From NCBI RefSeq assembly GCF_000195755.1, contig NC_002937.3, positions 2,820,001-2,852,000 of the forward strand: DNA of 32,000 nt. Direction: 5' to 3'. A model generated the notes under the pieces. It ran no database searches. It had not been told where the DNA came from and saw only the letters and a list, made by a program, of their open reading frames with translations. This document shows, in pieces, positions 15,038 through 25,922 of the stretch. The position numbers and the translations under genes were made by a program. Source of the DNA: Nitratidesulfovibrio vulgaris str. Hildenborough. Lineage in GTDB: Bacteria; Desulfobacterota; Desulfovibrionia; Desulfovibrionales; Desulfovibrionaceae. How positions within the stretch are numbered: the first letter of the stretch is position 1; each line of letters opens with the position of its first letter.

Positions 15038-16108
15038 ATGACCCATTCCGCATCCGCCCTTCTCGACCGCATCGGCCCCGTTCTCTGTCTCGACATCGGC
15101 AGCGGCACGCAGGACGTGCTGCTGGCCCTGCCCGGCCTTGAGCCTGAAAACTGGCCTCGCCTCGTCCTTCCCGCACCGGCGCGCGCCGTCGCGGGGCGCA
15201 TCGCCGCCGCCACGGCAGCACGCCGTCCCGTGTGGCTGCACGGCACCAACATGGGGGGCGGATTCGCACGCGCCGTCATGCAGCACATCGAAGCCGGGCT
15301 GTCCGTGGCAGCGCACCCTGCGGCCGCCATGGCCCTGCATGACGACCCAGCCCGTGTGACCGCCATGGGCGTCTCCATCACCGAACGTCCACCGTCAGGT
15401 TCCGTTCCCGTCATGCTTGCGGACTACGAACCCGGCTACTGGCGCGCCCTCGCCGCCGTGGCGGGGCTGCCCGCCCCGGCACTGGTGGTTGCGGCCGCAC
15501 AAGACCACGGCGTGCACCCGGTCGAAGGCAACCGCATAGGCCGTTTCGGCATGTGGCGCAGCTTCGTCACCCAGGAAGGGGGCGACCCGGCACGCCTCGT
15601 CCACGACACCCCCCCGCAGCCCTGCACGCGCCTTGCAGCATTGCAGGACGCCATCGGGGGCGGCCCCGTCGCGGACACGGGCGCAGCCGCCGTGCTGGGG
15701 GCCCTCTCCATGCCCGAGGTGGCGGCACGCAGCCACCGCGAGGGCATCACCGTCGTCAACGTGGGCAACAGCCACATCATCGCCTTTCTCGTCTTCCGCG
15801 AACGTGTGGTGGGCATCTATGAACACCACACCGGGATGCACGACCGTGAAAGCCTGCTGCACGACCTGCACGAATTCCGCATGTGCTGGCTGCCCGACGA
15901 ACAGGTGCGCGCCGCAGGGGGGCACGGTTGCATCTTCGCCCCCGATATCGCCCCCGAATCGGAAGGCTTCCGCCCCACGTTCGTCATCGGCCCGCGCCGC
16001 AACCTGCTTCAGGGCCACGGGCAGTTCATCGCCCCCTACGGCGACATGATGCTGGCCGGATGCCACGGCCTGCTGCACGGACTGGCAGCCCGCGAAACCA
16101 CGGCATAG
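15038..16108 (+). CDS. DUF1786-family protein (ASKHA/actin-like ATPase fold; often annotated as pyruvate formate-lyase activating-related)
   Basis: ATG 15038 is in the frame of track ORF 14393..16108. Upstream of it the ORF overlaps the tRNA and its promoter, so it cannot be coding there. N-terminal LCLDIGSGTQDVLL is a phosphate-1-like motif. Confidence 0.7.
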   Translation: MTHSASALLDRIGPVLCLDIGSGTQDVLLALPGLEPENWPRLVLPAPARAVAGRIAAATAARRPVWLHGTNMGGGFARAVMQHIEAGLSVAAHPAAAMALHDDPARVTAMGVSITERPPSGSVPVMLADYEPGYWRALAAVAGLPAPALVVAAAQDHGVHPVEGNRIGRFGMWRSFVTQEGGDPARLVHDTPPQPCTRLAALQDAIGGGPVADTGAAAVLGALSMPEVAARSHREGITVVNVGNSHIIAFLVFRERVVGIYEHHTGMHDRESLLHDLHEFRMCWLPDEQVRAAGGHGCIFAPDIAPESEGFRPTFVIGPRRNLLQGHGQFIAPYGDMMLAGCHGLLHGLAARETTA

Positions 16109-16218
16109 CCCACCATAACCGCATACGACGAGGACAAGCGCCCCGGAGGCGCAACCGCATATACACGGGCCACGGGCCCACAGGCAGGACGGGGCCTTGC
16201 GCCCCGGGGAAGGGAGTC

Positions 16219-17517
16219 ATGGAGTTCTTCGACATCGCAGAGACATGGAACCGCGACGAAATCCGACAGGCACAACTGGTGAGACTGCGCAACACCGTGG
16301 AACAGGCCATGCGCTCCTCCTTCTATGGCGCCACCCTCCGCAAGGCGGGCATCACCCCCGATTCGATACGCAGCCTCGACGACCTGCGCCGCATTCCCTT
16401 CACCACCAAGGACGACCTCCGCAACCAGTATCCCGACGGGCTCAACTGCGTACCGCGCACCGAGATGGTGCGCATGCACGCCTCAAGCGGCACCACCGGT
16501 TCACCCACGGTGGTCTACCACACGCAGTCAGACCTCAACGCATGGGCCGACCTCATGGCGCGCTGCCTGCACATGGTGGGCGTACGCCGCGACGACGTGT
16601 TCCAGAACATGACGGGCTACGGGCTGTTCACCGGGGGGCTTGGCCTGCACTACGGTGCGGAACGCCTCGGCTGCCTCACCATCCCCGCCGGACCGGGCAA
16701 CACCAAGCGGCAGGTCAAGCTCATGCGTGACTTCCGCACCAGCGTCGTCCACATCATCCCCTCCTACGCGCTGTATCTCGCCGCCGCCGTCGAGGAAGGC
16801 GGTGAAGACCCGCACGCCCTGCCGCCACGCATCGCCGTCATCGGTGCGGAACCCCACACCGAAGAGGCCCGCCGTCGCATCGAGGAGATGCTGGGCCTCA
16901 AGGCCTTCAACTCCTACGGCCTGTCGGAGATGAACGGGCCGGGCGTGGCCTTCGAATGTACCGAGCAGAACGGCATGCATGTGTGGGAGGATGCCTACAT
17001 CGCCGAGATCATCGACCCCGCCACGGGCGAGCCCGTGCCCGACGGCGAGGTGGGCGAACTGGTCATGACCACCCTGTGCCGCCGGGGCATGCCCGTGCTG
17101 CGCTACCGCACCCGCGACCTCACCCGCTTCCTGCCCGGCGAATGCCCCTGCGGGCGCGTGCACCGCCGGCTAGACCGCATGGTGGGCCGCGCCGACGACA
17201 TGCTCATCATCAAGGGCGTGAACATCTACCCCATGCAGATTGAACAGGTGCTCATGGCCTTCCCGGAAGTGGGCCAGAACTACCTCATCGTGCTGGAGCG
17301 AGAAGAGTTCATCGACCAGATCAAGGTCAAGGTCGAACTGCGCGACGAGGCGTTCGTCGAAGACATGCGCGTGTTGCAGGGCCTGCAGAAGGCCATCGCC
17401 CGCCGCCTCAAGGACGAGATACTGGTCACGCCGCGCGTGGAACTCGTCCAGAACAACAGCCTGCCCAAGGCCGAAGGCAAGGCGCAGCGAGTGCTCGACC
17501 TGCGCGAGAAGCCCTGA
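16219..17517 (+). CDS. paaK: Phenylacetate-CoA ligase family adenylate-forming enzyme (PaaK / coenzyme F390 synthetase-like)
   Basis: ATG 16219 follows GGGAAGGGAG. Motifs RRIPFTTKDDLRNQYP, MHASSGTTGSPTVV (AMP-binding core), NSYGLSEM and IIKGVNIYPMQIE are diagnostic of the PaaK family. Confidence 0.9.
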   Translation: MEFFDIAETWNRDEIRQAQLVRLRNTVEQAMRSSFYGATLRKAGITPDSIRSLDDLRRIPFTTKDDLRNQYPDGLNCVPRTEMVRMHASSGTTGSPTVVYHTQSDLNAWADLMARCLHMVGVRRDDVFQNMTGYGLFTGGLGLHYGAERLGCLTIPAGPGNTKRQVKLMRDFRTSVVHIIPSYALYLAAAVEEGGEDPHALPPRIAVIGAEPHTEEARRRIEEMLGLKAFNSYGLSEMNGPGVAFECTEQNGMHVWEDAYIAEIIDPATGEPVPDGEVGELVMTTLCRRGMPVLRYRTRDLTRFLPGECPCGRVHRRLDRMVGRADDMLIIKGVNIYPMQIEQVLMAFPEVGQNYLIVLEREEFIDQIKVKVELRDEAFVEDMRVLQGLQKAIARRLKDEILVTPRVELVQNNSLPKAEGKAQRVLDLREKP

Positions 17518-17698
17518 CCGAAGACGATACACGGGGGTGCGGCATCACGCCGCACCCCATTCGCCGGAACGGGGTGGCTCCGAGGTGCCCATCCCCGGAA
17601 GAGTACATGACGTTTCCGCCCTGCGTGGCATCAGGCCCCTCACCGACCTGACGCCCCCTCCTTCTCCACACCCAGAACCATGACGGAGGCTCCCCCAC

Positions 17699-18208
17699 AT
17701 GGAGTTCGCCATTGCCGCCGTGTTCATCGCCCTGCTTGCGGGCGCTCTCACCCTCAACGTGCTCTCCCTGCCCGCCAACTGGGTCGTGCTGGCGCTGCTA
17801 GGGCTGTGGAAGCTGCTGCATCCCGCCCCCACCGGGATGGACACCATGTTCTTCGCCATCGTCATCGGGGCCGCACTGGTGGGCGAAGTGCTGGAATTCC
17901 TGACGCAGACCGTGGGGGCGAAGCGCTACGGGTCCACGGGGAAGGGCAACCTCGGCGGCATCATCGGAGCCATAGCGGGCGCCCTGCTGGGCGCACCCTT
18001 CCTGTTCGGCCTCGGGGCGCTCTTCGGGGCGCTGGCTGGCGCATGGGCCGGGTGCTACCTGCTGGAAATCGGGCACGGCAGGTCACGCACCGAAGCTGCA
18101 CAGGCCGCCAAGGGGGCCATGATGGGCCGCTTCCTCGGGCTGGTGCTCAAGACCGGCATCGGTGCGGGCATGGTCATCTACGCCGCCCCGCGCATCTGGC
18201 CCGGCTAG
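17699..18208 (+). CDS. DUF456-family integral membrane protein
   Basis: 169 aa with 4 hydrophobic segments. The motif GEVLEFLTQTVGAKRYG is typical of DUF456. Confidence 0.65.
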   Translation: MEFAIAAVFIALLAGALTLNVLSLPANWVVLALLGLWKLLHPAPTGMDTMFFAIVIGAALVGEVLEFLTQTVGAKRYGSTGKGNLGGIIGAIAGALLGAPFLFGLGALFGALAGAWAGCYLLEIGHGRSRTEAAQAAKGAMMGRFLGLVLKTGIGAGMVIYAAPRIWPG

Positions 18209-18541
18209 ACGAACGACAGGCACAGCCCTCCTGCGTCCCCATGGGGCAGCCACCCGCCCGAGTTGACGTTGGCGTCATCGCCCCCCGGCCGGACGGGCAG
18301 ACAGGCGGACGGGCGGTCGGGCAGACGGGCGGGGGGCCCGCCGCACCTGAACACGGCACCGGGCCTTCACTCGCCCCACAGGCACCGCAACTGCAACCCT
18401 GCCCACACGTTCCCGGGGCGGCATCACGCCCTCATGCGCGAGGCATATCCGGCACGACGTCACTTGGCGTCTGCGGCACGAGATGCTATCTCCGCCACCG
18501 GGCGCAGGTCGCGCCTGATGACTCGCTGCAAGGAGAACGCG

Positions 18542-19306
18542 ATGCTGCCCGGACTCACCGTCGTCATGGTCAAGACCCGATTCCCGGAGAACGTGGGCAT
18601 GGTGGCCCGCGCCTGCGTCAACATGGGCGCACAGGACATCGTACTGGTAGACCCCGAGCGATGGGAGATAGACAAGGCGCGCCCCCTCGCCACCGCCAAG
18701 GGTGAACCCTTGCTGGAAAGGGTGAAGGTGGTCGGAACCCTTTCAGAGGCCGTGGCCGACTGCACGGCGGTATGGGGGACGACGGCACGCACGGGCGGCT
18801 GGCGGCGCGAGATTCTCACCCCCGAGAAGGCCGGGCCGGAGATGGCCGCCTCCCTCGCCGACGGCGAACGGGTGGCCCTGCTGCTGGGGCCCGAGGACAG
18901 GGGGCTGAACAATGACGAAATCGAGCACTGCACCCGCCTGCTGACCATCCCCACCGCGCCCGAGGCTTCGTCCCTCAACGTGGCGCAGGCCTCGCTCATC
19001 GTCCTCTATGAGTGTCACAAGGCCTCGCTGGCCCACCCCTTCCGCCCCGGCCCCGGGCCGGAATCGCGTCGCATAACACAAGACGAGAACGAACTGCTGC
19101 TGGCGACACTACGCGACATGTTGCTGGACATCGATTTCCTGCGCCATGACAACCCCGACTACTTCATGATGCCGGTGCGCCGCTTCATGGGCAAAGCCGG
19201 GTTGCGACGCCACGAATTCGACATGCTGATGGGCGTGTGCCGTCAGGTGCGGCGCGTCGCCACCCTCGCACGCGACAGGAACAGACCCGACTCGCCCGCC
19301 TCGTAG
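18542..19306 (+). CDS. trmJ: SpoU/TrmH-class RNA 2'-O-methyltransferase, TrmJ-like
   Basis: ATG 18542 (MLPGLTVVMVKTRFPENVGMVARACVNMG...). Motifs LLLGPEDRGL and IPT...SSLNVAQASLIVLYE are the SPOUT knot motifs. The C-terminal extension matches TrmJ. Confidence 0.85.
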   Translation: MLPGLTVVMVKTRFPENVGMVARACVNMGAQDIVLVDPERWEIDKARPLATAKGEPLLERVKVVGTLSEAVADCTAVWGTTARTGGWRREILTPEKAGPEMAASLADGERVALLLGPEDRGLNNDEIEHCTRLLTIPTAPEASSLNVAQASLIVLYECHKASLAHPFRPGPGPESRRITQDENELLLATLRDMLLDIDFLRHDNPDYFMMPVRRFMGKAGLRRHEFDMLMGVCRQVRRVATLARDRNRPDSPAS

Positions 19307-19507
19307 CCACCGCATAGCCACCATCGATAACAGGCCCGCCGTTATCGGGTCGCAAGCCACCATACTTGCATCCCCTTCAGGAACGTGGCACACTTGCCGG
19401 GTTGTCACAGACTGGACGCCGGTAGAGTCGTGCTGCCATCCGCTCTGCCGCCGCCTCAGTCCAGAGTCAATGCAACGCAAGGACGCCACAATCCGGGGAG
19501 GTGCACC

Positions 19508-21949
19508 TTGAGTCTTGGCAGTTCATTGAAAATCAACACTAAAATGTTCATTGGTGTGCTGGGTGTCGTGGCCAGCACGGCCGTTTTCGTCGGTCTCATC
19601 CTCTCATGGCGGATGCAGGCCGAACTTGAGGATTTCGGACACGAGAACCTCGCCAGCTTCATGGACACCATGGAACGTTCCGTAGCCATGCAGGACCAGC
19701 AGGTCAGGGCACAGCTACAGACCAACATGGAGTATCTCACCACGGCGCTGGTGGGACAGGGCAGCTTCGTGCTGGACGACGAGTCGGGCATGGAGACCAC
19801 CGTGACCAATCAGGCCACGGGCGCACAGGAGAAACTTCGCCTGCCGGGCCTCGCCCTCGAATCTGACGGCATGCTCCAGAGTTTCTCGCCATTCTCGTTC
19901 GTGGGCAGGCAGAAGCGCGTCACCGGGTCGGAGTGCACCATATTCGTCAAGGTGCCGGGAAAACTCGTCCGCGTCGCCACCACGGTGCATACCGCTGACG
20001 GCAAGCCCGCCATCGGCACCTACATCCCCGCAGAAAGCCCGGTGTATCAGGCCATCGAGAAGGGGCAGGAATATGTGGGCGTCGCCAATGTGGTGGGGCA
20101 GCCCTTCCTCACCCACTATCGCCCCATCCGCGACGCACGCGGTCAGTTCACCATCGCCCTCTTCGCGGGCGTGCCGCTTCTCCAGCCCTCCTTCACCGAG
20201 ATGTTCGCAGGTGCCAAGGTCGGCGGTGCCGGATATACCTTCATCCTCGACGAGACGGGCAAGCGCCTCGCGCATCCCACCCGGGTCGGCACCAACGTCA
20301 ACGACGACAGCTACGGCAAACGCCTGATGGAGACCCGCAACGGCTTCGTCGAATGGGAGTACAACGGTTCCAAGGTCGGCTACCTCTTCGAGTACGCACC
20401 GTGGAAGCTGCGCTTCGGCGTCGCCATGACCCATGACGAGATGCTGCGCGGGGCTGATGCCGACGTGCGCATGTGGGCCGCCGGATGCGCCGTGGTGGCC
20501 GTTGCCATCGCCTCCTTCTTCGTACTTCTGCTGGTTCGTGAGGTCACACGCCCCATGCAGCGCCTCTCCGCCTACGCCGCCGCCGTCTCAGCGGGGGACT
20601 TCTCCGCACGCATGGACTACCCTGCCGACGACGCCATCGGGCGCACCATCGGTGCGGTCAACGGCATGGTCGCCGAGATGAAGACCAAACTGGGCCTCAC
20701 GCAGGGCGTGCTGAACGGCATGACGCTTCCCTTCGCCGTCTGCGACACAGATGCCAAGGTCATCCACACCAACACGGCCCTCATCGACCTGCTGCAACGC
20801 CCCGGCACCCCCGCTGACTGGACGGGCAAGCCCCTCGACATTCTCGTCTACGGTCAGACCAAGGAAGACATGGCCACCGCCCGTTGCCTGCGCGAAGGAT
20901 GCGCCCTGCGCAACATCGAGGTCGACCTCACCACATCGAAGGGCGAGACCGTGCACACTCTCGTGGATGTGGCCCCCCTGTCCGACCTCGACGGCAGCCT
21001 CATCGGTTCGTTCACCATCTACGCCGACATCACCGCCCTCAGGCAACAGCAGCAGCGCATCGAGGCGCAGCGCGACGCCATGGCCGAAGTGGCGACCGAG
21101 GCCGATGGCATCGCCCGCGACCTCAACGCCGCCGCCAACGAACTGGCAGCACAGGTTCGCGAGGCCAGCAACGGCAGCGACGTGCAACGTGCCCGCACCA
21201 CCGAAACGGCCACTGCCATGGAACAGATGAACGCCACGGTGCTTGAAGTGGCCCAGAGTGCCGGACATGCCGCCGAGAACGCAGAGAATGCCCGAAAGAA
21301 GGCCGACGAAGGCGCACGCCTCGTGGGTGACGTGGTCGAAGCCATCGAGGCAGTCCGCGAGATGGCCCTCGAACTGCAACAGAGCATGCAGGGGCTTGCC
21401 ACCGAAGCGGAAGGCATAGGTCACATCATGCAGGTCATCGAGGACATCGCCGACCAGACCAACCTTCTCGCCCTCAACGCCGCCATCGAAGCGGCCCGTG
21501 CGGGTGATGCGGGCCGTGGCTTCGCCGTCGTCGCCGACGAGGTGCGCAAGCTGGCCGAGAAGACCATGAACGCCACACGCGAAGTGGGGCAGGCCATCCG
21601 CAACATCCAGACGGGCGCCCGCAACAGCATGGAAGCGACCTCCAACGCCGTCGAAGCGGTGGTGGCATCCAACATGCTCACCACCCGTTCCGGTGAGGCA
21701 CTGTCGTCCATCGTCAAGATGGTGGACGACACCGCCGACCAGGTGCGCGGCATCGCCACGGCCTCGGAACAGCAGTCCGCAGCCAGCGAACAGATAAGCC
21801 GCGCCACCGAGGAAATCACCGCCATCGCCGAAGTCACGGCGCAGACCATGAACCGTTCCAGCGACGCCGTGCAGCAACTCACGCGGCTTGCGGGCGACCT
21901 TGGCGGGCTCATCGAACAGATACGCACAGGCACCAGCGAGAACGCCTGA
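19508..21949 (+). CDS. Methyl-accepting chemotaxis protein (double Cache-like periplasmic sensor, HAMP, PAS, MA domains)
   Basis: TTG 19508 lies 7 nt after GGAGG; ATG 19544 is an alternative start. TM1 [21 protein letters not shown]. About 300-aa periplasmic region. TM2 [21 protein letters not shown] plus HAMP. The signalling hairpin core [38 protein letters not shown] is diagnostic. Confidence 0.9.
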   Translation: MSLGSSLKINTKMFIGVLGVVASTAVFVGLILSWRMQAELEDFGHENLASFMDTMERSVAMQDQQVRAQLQTNMEYLTTALVGQGSFVLDDESGMETTVTNQATGAQEKLRLPGLALESDGMLQSFSPFSFVGRQKRVTGSECTIFVKVPGKLVRVATTVHTADGKPAIGTYIPAESPVYQAIEKGQEYVGVANVVGQPFLTHYRPIRDARGQFTIALFAGVPLLQPSFTEMFAGAKVGGAGYTFILDETGKRLAHPTRVGTNVNDDSYGKRLMETRNGFVEWEYNGSKVGYLFEYAPWKLRFGVAMTHDEMLRGADADVRMWAAGCAVVAVAIASFFVLLLVREVTRPMQRLSAYAAAVSAGDFSARMDYPADDAIGRTIGAVNGMVAEMKTKLGLTQGVLNGMTLPFAVCDTDAKVIHTNTALIDLLQRPGTPADWTGKPLDILVYGQTKEDMATARCLREGCALRNIEVDLTTSKGETVHTLVDVAPLSDLDGSLIGSFTIYADITALRQQQQRIEAQRDAMAEVATEADGIARDLNAAANELAAQVREASNGSDVQRARTTETATAMEQMNATVLEVAQSAGHAAENAENARKKADEGARLVGDVVEAIEAVREMALELQQSMQGLATEAEGIGHIMQVIEDIADQTNLLALNAAIEAARAGDAGRGFAVVADEVRKLAEKTMNATREVGQAIRNIQTGARNSMEATSNAVEAVVASNMLTTRSGEALSSIVKMVDDTADQVRGIATASEQQSAASEQISRATEEITAIAEVTAQTMNRSSDAVQQLTRLAGDLGGLIEQIRTGTSENA

Positions 21950-21974
21950 CGCGCGCGTACACGCACCGGACATC

Positions 21975-22004
21975 AGAAAGGGGTCGCCATGGCGACCCCT
22001 TTCT
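21975..22004 (+). terminator. Hairpin/terminator downstream of the chemoreceptor gene
   Basis: AGAAAGGGGTCGCC/ATGGCGACCCCTTTCT. Contains the perfect 20-nt palindrome GGGGTCGCCATGGCGACCCC, followed by TTTCT. Confidence 0.6.
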
Positions 22005-22256
22005 GCGTACGGCGAAGATTTTCAGTCTGTGAAGGATGCGGAAGGCAATGCGCTGTACCAGACCTGCGCCCCTTGGCCTTCCCCATCCTCTGCACTTCTG
22101 CACGGGCATCACGTGTCCTTCGCCGATATCGCACGCCCTCTGTCCGCTGACACCTTGACGGGCATGCGCGGCTGGGCGAGAGTCGGATAAGGTGCGCAAG
22201 GCCGGTGCGCGCACCCGTCCGGCGTTTGCCAGCCGGACGAACAACGGCGGAACGGC

Positions 22257-25200
22257 ATGTCGTTCTTCGATTTTCTGACCCGAGGCCGCAACACATGCGA
22301 CCTGCTTCATGCCGAAGAAGGTGCCGCAGCAAGAAAATACAGGCACTTCAAAGATTTCTTGCACGACAATCACCGTGCCCTCTCCGCCGTGGCCGACCTT
22401 GAGGGGCTCTATCACCAGGGGGCCTACAGCCTGCCCGAAGCCCGCCGCCACCTCAATGAACTTCTGGAGGCCACGGACAATCTTCTTGGCGACCTCGACC
22501 GGCTCACCGGGGGACGCTACCCCGCACTTCACGACGTACTCGCCCGCCTGAACGAAGAGACCGGGGTCATCCTCTCGGCGGCAACCCCTGCCCCCTGCGT
22601 ACCTCCGGTGCTTTCACTTGCGGATGTGACGCCCGACATGGCATCGGCCTGCGGCACCAAGTCGACCAACCTCGCCACCATGCGGAATGTCCTCGGCATT
22701 CCCACCCCGCCGGGGTTCGTCGTCACCGCACGGGGTTTCGAGCGGTTCATCGAGGAGAACGCACTGGGTGAGCGCATCGCACAGGCCCTGTCACGATGTG
22801 CCGCCACCGCGAGACCGGGTGACGACCCCGTGATGCTGGAACGCGTGAGTGCCGAAATCCGCGACATGGTGCTCCATGCCCCCGTCCCCGCGTCGCTGTC
22901 GGACGCCATTCTCGATGCCTACCGTGCCCTTGAGGCCGCCACCCATCCCGGTGTGCATGTGGCCATGCGCAGCAGCGCCGTGGGCGAAGACACCGAGGCG
23001 TCGTTCGCGGGGCAGTACGTCACGGTGCTCAACGTCACCGCCGCCGACATCCTCACCGCGTACAGGGAAGTGCTCGCCAGCAAGTACTCGCCCCGCGCCA
23101 TCCTCTACCGTCTCAGCTACGGTCTCGAAGACCGCGATACGCCCATGTGCGTTGCGGGCATCACCATGGTGCGTTCGCGTGCCAGCGGCGTCATCTACAC
23201 GGTCGACCCCTCCGCGCCGGACTCTGGCAGCCTCAAGGTGGCTGCCCTGCTTGGCCTTGGCGAACTTCTCGCCGGGGGTGAAGGCAGTGCCGACGTCTTC
23301 CATGTGGACAGGGCCACAGGCGACCTGCGCAACACCGAACTCACCGAGAAGACACATCGCCTTGTCTGCCTTCCCGACGGTGGCATCAGCCTTGAAGCGG
23401 CGACGGCCGAAGAACGCACCCGGCCCGCCATCGACGACGCCATCGTGCAACGGCTGCATGGCTATGGCATACGGCTTGAAGAGTATTTCAAGTGCCCGCA
23501 GGACATCGAATGGGCCGTCGCCCCCGACGGTGACCTCTTCATCCTGCAATCGCGGCCTCTCGGACTCGTCAGCGCCCATCGGCCGCAGACCGCAGTCGAG
23601 TACACCGGGCACCCCCGACTCATCACCCGCGGTCGCGTCGCCTCTCCCGGGGCGGCTTCGGGCGTGGTCTACAACGCCTTGGGGAACAACCCCGACCATG
23701 TTCCCGCGGGGGCCATTCTCGTTGCCCGCACCGCGTCGCCCGACTATGCGGGACTCATGGGCCGGGTGCGCGGCATCGTCACCGACGTGGGCAGCGGGGC
23801 CAGCCATCTGGCATCCGTGGCCCGCGAATTCGGCATTCCCGCACTGTTCGACACACGCGATGCCACCATGCGCCTCACCCACGGGGCCACGGTGACCCTC
23901 GATGCCGATACGACCTCTGTCTACGAAGGCACCGTGGACGAACTTGCCAGCCGCACGGCCCCCGCCCGCAAGCCATTCTTCGACTCGCCCGCGCACCACA
24001 AGTTGCGCCGCGTTCTCGACCTCGTCTCGCCGCTGCACCTTCTCGACCCGCGCTCACCGGAATTCGACCCGGCGCATTGCGCCTCTGTGCACGACATCAT
24101 CCGCTTCGCGCACGAGAACGCCATGCGCGAGATGTTCGGCCTGTGTGACGACTCTCTTGACGTGACCCGCGCCGTGCGTCTGCATCTCGGTATCCCCATC
24201 ATGCTCTACTGCATCGACCTCGGTGGCGGGCTTGATGACGGGCTTACCTCGTGCGAACGTGTCGAGACGGCCCATGTGCGCAGCGTTCCCATGCGCGCCC
24301 TCCTCGACGGGCTGACGCATCCCGGCATCTCGTGGCAGGGCGGCGTGGCACTCAACGCCCACAGCCTGCTTTCGGTCATGGCTTCAGCGGCGACGGCAGA
24401 CAGCGAGAACCTCGGCGGTGACAGCTTCGCCGTCGTCTCACGCGACTACATGAACATCTCGGCGAAGTTCGGTTACCATTACGCAAACATAGACGCCCTG
24501 TGCAGTGACAGGCCAAGCCAGAACCATGTCGTCCTCAAGTTCGCGGGCGGCGCAGGCAGCTATTTCGGGCGGTCGCTACGCGTCTCGTTTCTCGCGTCGG
24601 TCCTGCAACGACTTGGCTTCGGGGTGGACATCAGGGGCGACATGCTCGAAGCCACCCTCACCGGGCTGGATGGCGACGCGCAGCAGGAACTTCTCGACCA
24701 GACCGGACGACTGCTGGCCGCAGCACGGCTGCTGGACATGACCATCGGCAACGGGGCCGACGTGGAACGCATGGTGAGCATGTTCTTCGACGGCAACTAC
24801 GACTTTCTCGGCACGGCACGCCCGCGCCAGATAGAGGGCTTCTACACCGACACGGGCAACTGGAGCATGGAGCAGTGCGACGACGTCCGCTGTATCCGGC
24901 AGGACGGTTCCGAATGGGGGCGTAGCGTGGGAGGCGAGTCCTCCGCCGTGTTCGCCCGCATGTTCGGCCCGCGCTATCAGGAGGCACTGGACAGGGTGGA
25001 GACCTTCTTCCACTTTCCGCTCGCCATCTGTCAGGAAAGCCGCATGGCCGATGGCAGCCTGCGTCTGCATGTCCGTCCTGAAGGCGGACGCATGGACAGG
25101 GCGGGCGGGCTCGCCTTCGGCATCCGCAACGCGGGCAACTACTTCGTGCTGCGACTCAACGCCGTCGAGAACAACGTCATTCTCTTCGAATTCGTGAACA

Positions 25201-25445
25201 GCAGACGGGTACGCCTTGAGCGGGTCGACGTCCGCATCCGCAGCGGCACATGGGCCGAACTTGGTGTGGACATCTGCGGCAAGACAGTGCGCTGCCTTCT
25301 GGACGGGGTGCCGCTCTTTGAAACGGTTCTGCGCATCACGCCCTACGGCTACGCCGGACTCTGGACCAAAGGGGACTCTGTGACCCTCTTCCGCGACTTC
25401 ACGGTCGAACCCGCACTGGGCCTTGCCCACCCTATCATGCAGTGA
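22257..25445 (+). CDS. PEP/pyruvate-binding dikinase-like enzyme (PPDK_N ATP-grasp plus mobile phospho-His domain) with a long non-canonical C-terminal region
   Basis: 1062 aa. CGTKSTNLATMRNVLGIPTPPGFVVT and MRSSAVGEDTEASFAGQY are PPDK_N motifs. GRVASPGAASGVVY...ILVARTASPDY...GIVTDVGSGASHLASVAREFGIPAL is the swivel domain with the catalytic His. The last ~470 aa lack the PEP-utilisers TIM-barrel motifs I know. Confidence 0.85.
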   Translation: MSFFDFLTRGRNTCDLLHAEEGAAARKYRHFKDFLHDNHRALSAVADLEGLYHQGAYSLPEARRHLNELLEATDNLLGDLDRLTGGRYPALHDVLARLNEETGVILSAATPAPCVPPVLSLADVTPDMASACGTKSTNLATMRNVLGIPTPPGFVVTARGFERFIEENALGERIAQALSRCAATARPGDDPVMLERVSAEIRDMVLHAPVPASLSDAILDAYRALEAATHPGVHVAMRSSAVGEDTEASFAGQYVTVLNVTAADILTAYREVLASKYSPRAILYRLSYGLEDRDTPMCVAGITMVRSRASGVIYTVDPSAPDSGSLKVAALLGLGELLAGGEGSADVFHVDRATGDLRNTELTEKTHRLVCLPDGGISLEAATAEERTRPAIDDAIVQRLHGYGIRLEEYFKCPQDIEWAVAPDGDLFILQSRPLGLVSAHRPQTAVEYTGHPRLITRGRVASPGAASGVVYNALGNNPDHVPAGAILVARTASPDYAGLMGRVRGIVTDVGSGASHLASVAREFGIPALFDTRDATMRLTHGATVTLDADTTSVYEGTVDELASRTAPARKPFFDSPAHHKLRRVLDLVSPLHLLDPRSPEFDPAHCASVHDIIRFAHENAMREMFGLCDDSLDVTRAVRLHLGIPIMLYCIDLGGGLDDGLTSCERVETAHVRSVPMRALLDGLTHPGISWQGGVALNAHSLLSVMASAATADSENLGGDSFAVVSRDYMNISAKFGYHYANIDALCSDRPSQNHVVLKFAGGAGSYFGRSLRVSFLASVLQRLGFGVDIRGDMLEATLTGLDGDAQQELLDQTGRLLAAARLLDMTIGNGADVERMVSMFFDGNYDFLGTARPRQIEGFYTDTGNWSMEQCDDVRCIRQDGSEWGRSVGGESSAVFARMFGPRYQEALDRVETFFHFPLAICQESRMADGSLRLHVRPEGGRMDRAGGLAFGIRNAGNYFVLRLNAVENNVILFEFVNSRRVRLERVDVRIRSGTWAELGVDICGKTVRCLLDGVPLFETVLRITPYGYAGLWTKGDSVTLFRDFTVEPALGLAHPIMQ

Positions 25446-25774
25446 CGTCAGGTACGCCTCCGGCCGCCAGAGTGGTCTCCGTCCGATGCCTTGAGGGAAC
25501 CCACCCGCCTTGCGGTGGAGTCCTGTCCGTTATTGCCGCTGCGATGCCCTGCCCGCCGCCCCGTACCACCCGGGCAGTGCGCCGGTTGGTCCCACGCCGG
25601 TCCGCGACGCATCGCGCCCCGCACATCATGCACCAGCGACGCAAGGCCTGCGGCAAACCCTGACCCGACGTTTGTCGCATGACGAGGTCATCCGAATCGA
25701 CTCCACCTGCATTGCGGGTGGTGTTCGTTGCATCCACCTCTCGCCTTCAGGCAGCTAACGCCATGGAAACGAAA

Positions 25775-25797
25775 GGAGGCGGGCCAAACCCGCCTCC
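25775..25797. terminator. Bidirectional GC hairpin between the convergent dikinase-like gene and liv operon
   Basis: GGAGGCGGG, loop CCAAA, CCCGCCTCC. T-rich runs follow on both strands (GACTTTTCC on plus, TTTCGTTTCC on minus). Confidence 0.55.
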
Positions 25798-25922
25798 GAC
25801 TTTTCCGATTCATTACGCCATTCGGCAAAACGCCATCACGCAGCAGGCAGCCAGAATGTCTCGAAGCCACCCGGCAGCATACTGCCGGACATCACATCCC
25901 GAAAGGCTGCCGTCAGCAGAGA

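Noticed and set aside
14428-21966. Exact 17-nt repeat CGCGCGCGTACACGCAC at 14428-14444 (prophage/tRNA spacer) and 21950-21966 (just after the chemoreceptor stop).
   Set aside because: It is a CG-rich, low-complexity string in a 65-70% GC genome. A single 17-mer match within 32 kb on two strands is not clearly beyond chance. No extended similarity or symmetric context supports a mobile-element end. A genome-wide count would settle it.
22205-22216. 12-nt perfect palindrome GGTGCGCGCACC about 40 nt upstream of the dikinase-like gene.
   Set aside because: Short GC palindromes are frequent in this composition. With no second site or promoter context, I cannot support a call as an operator.
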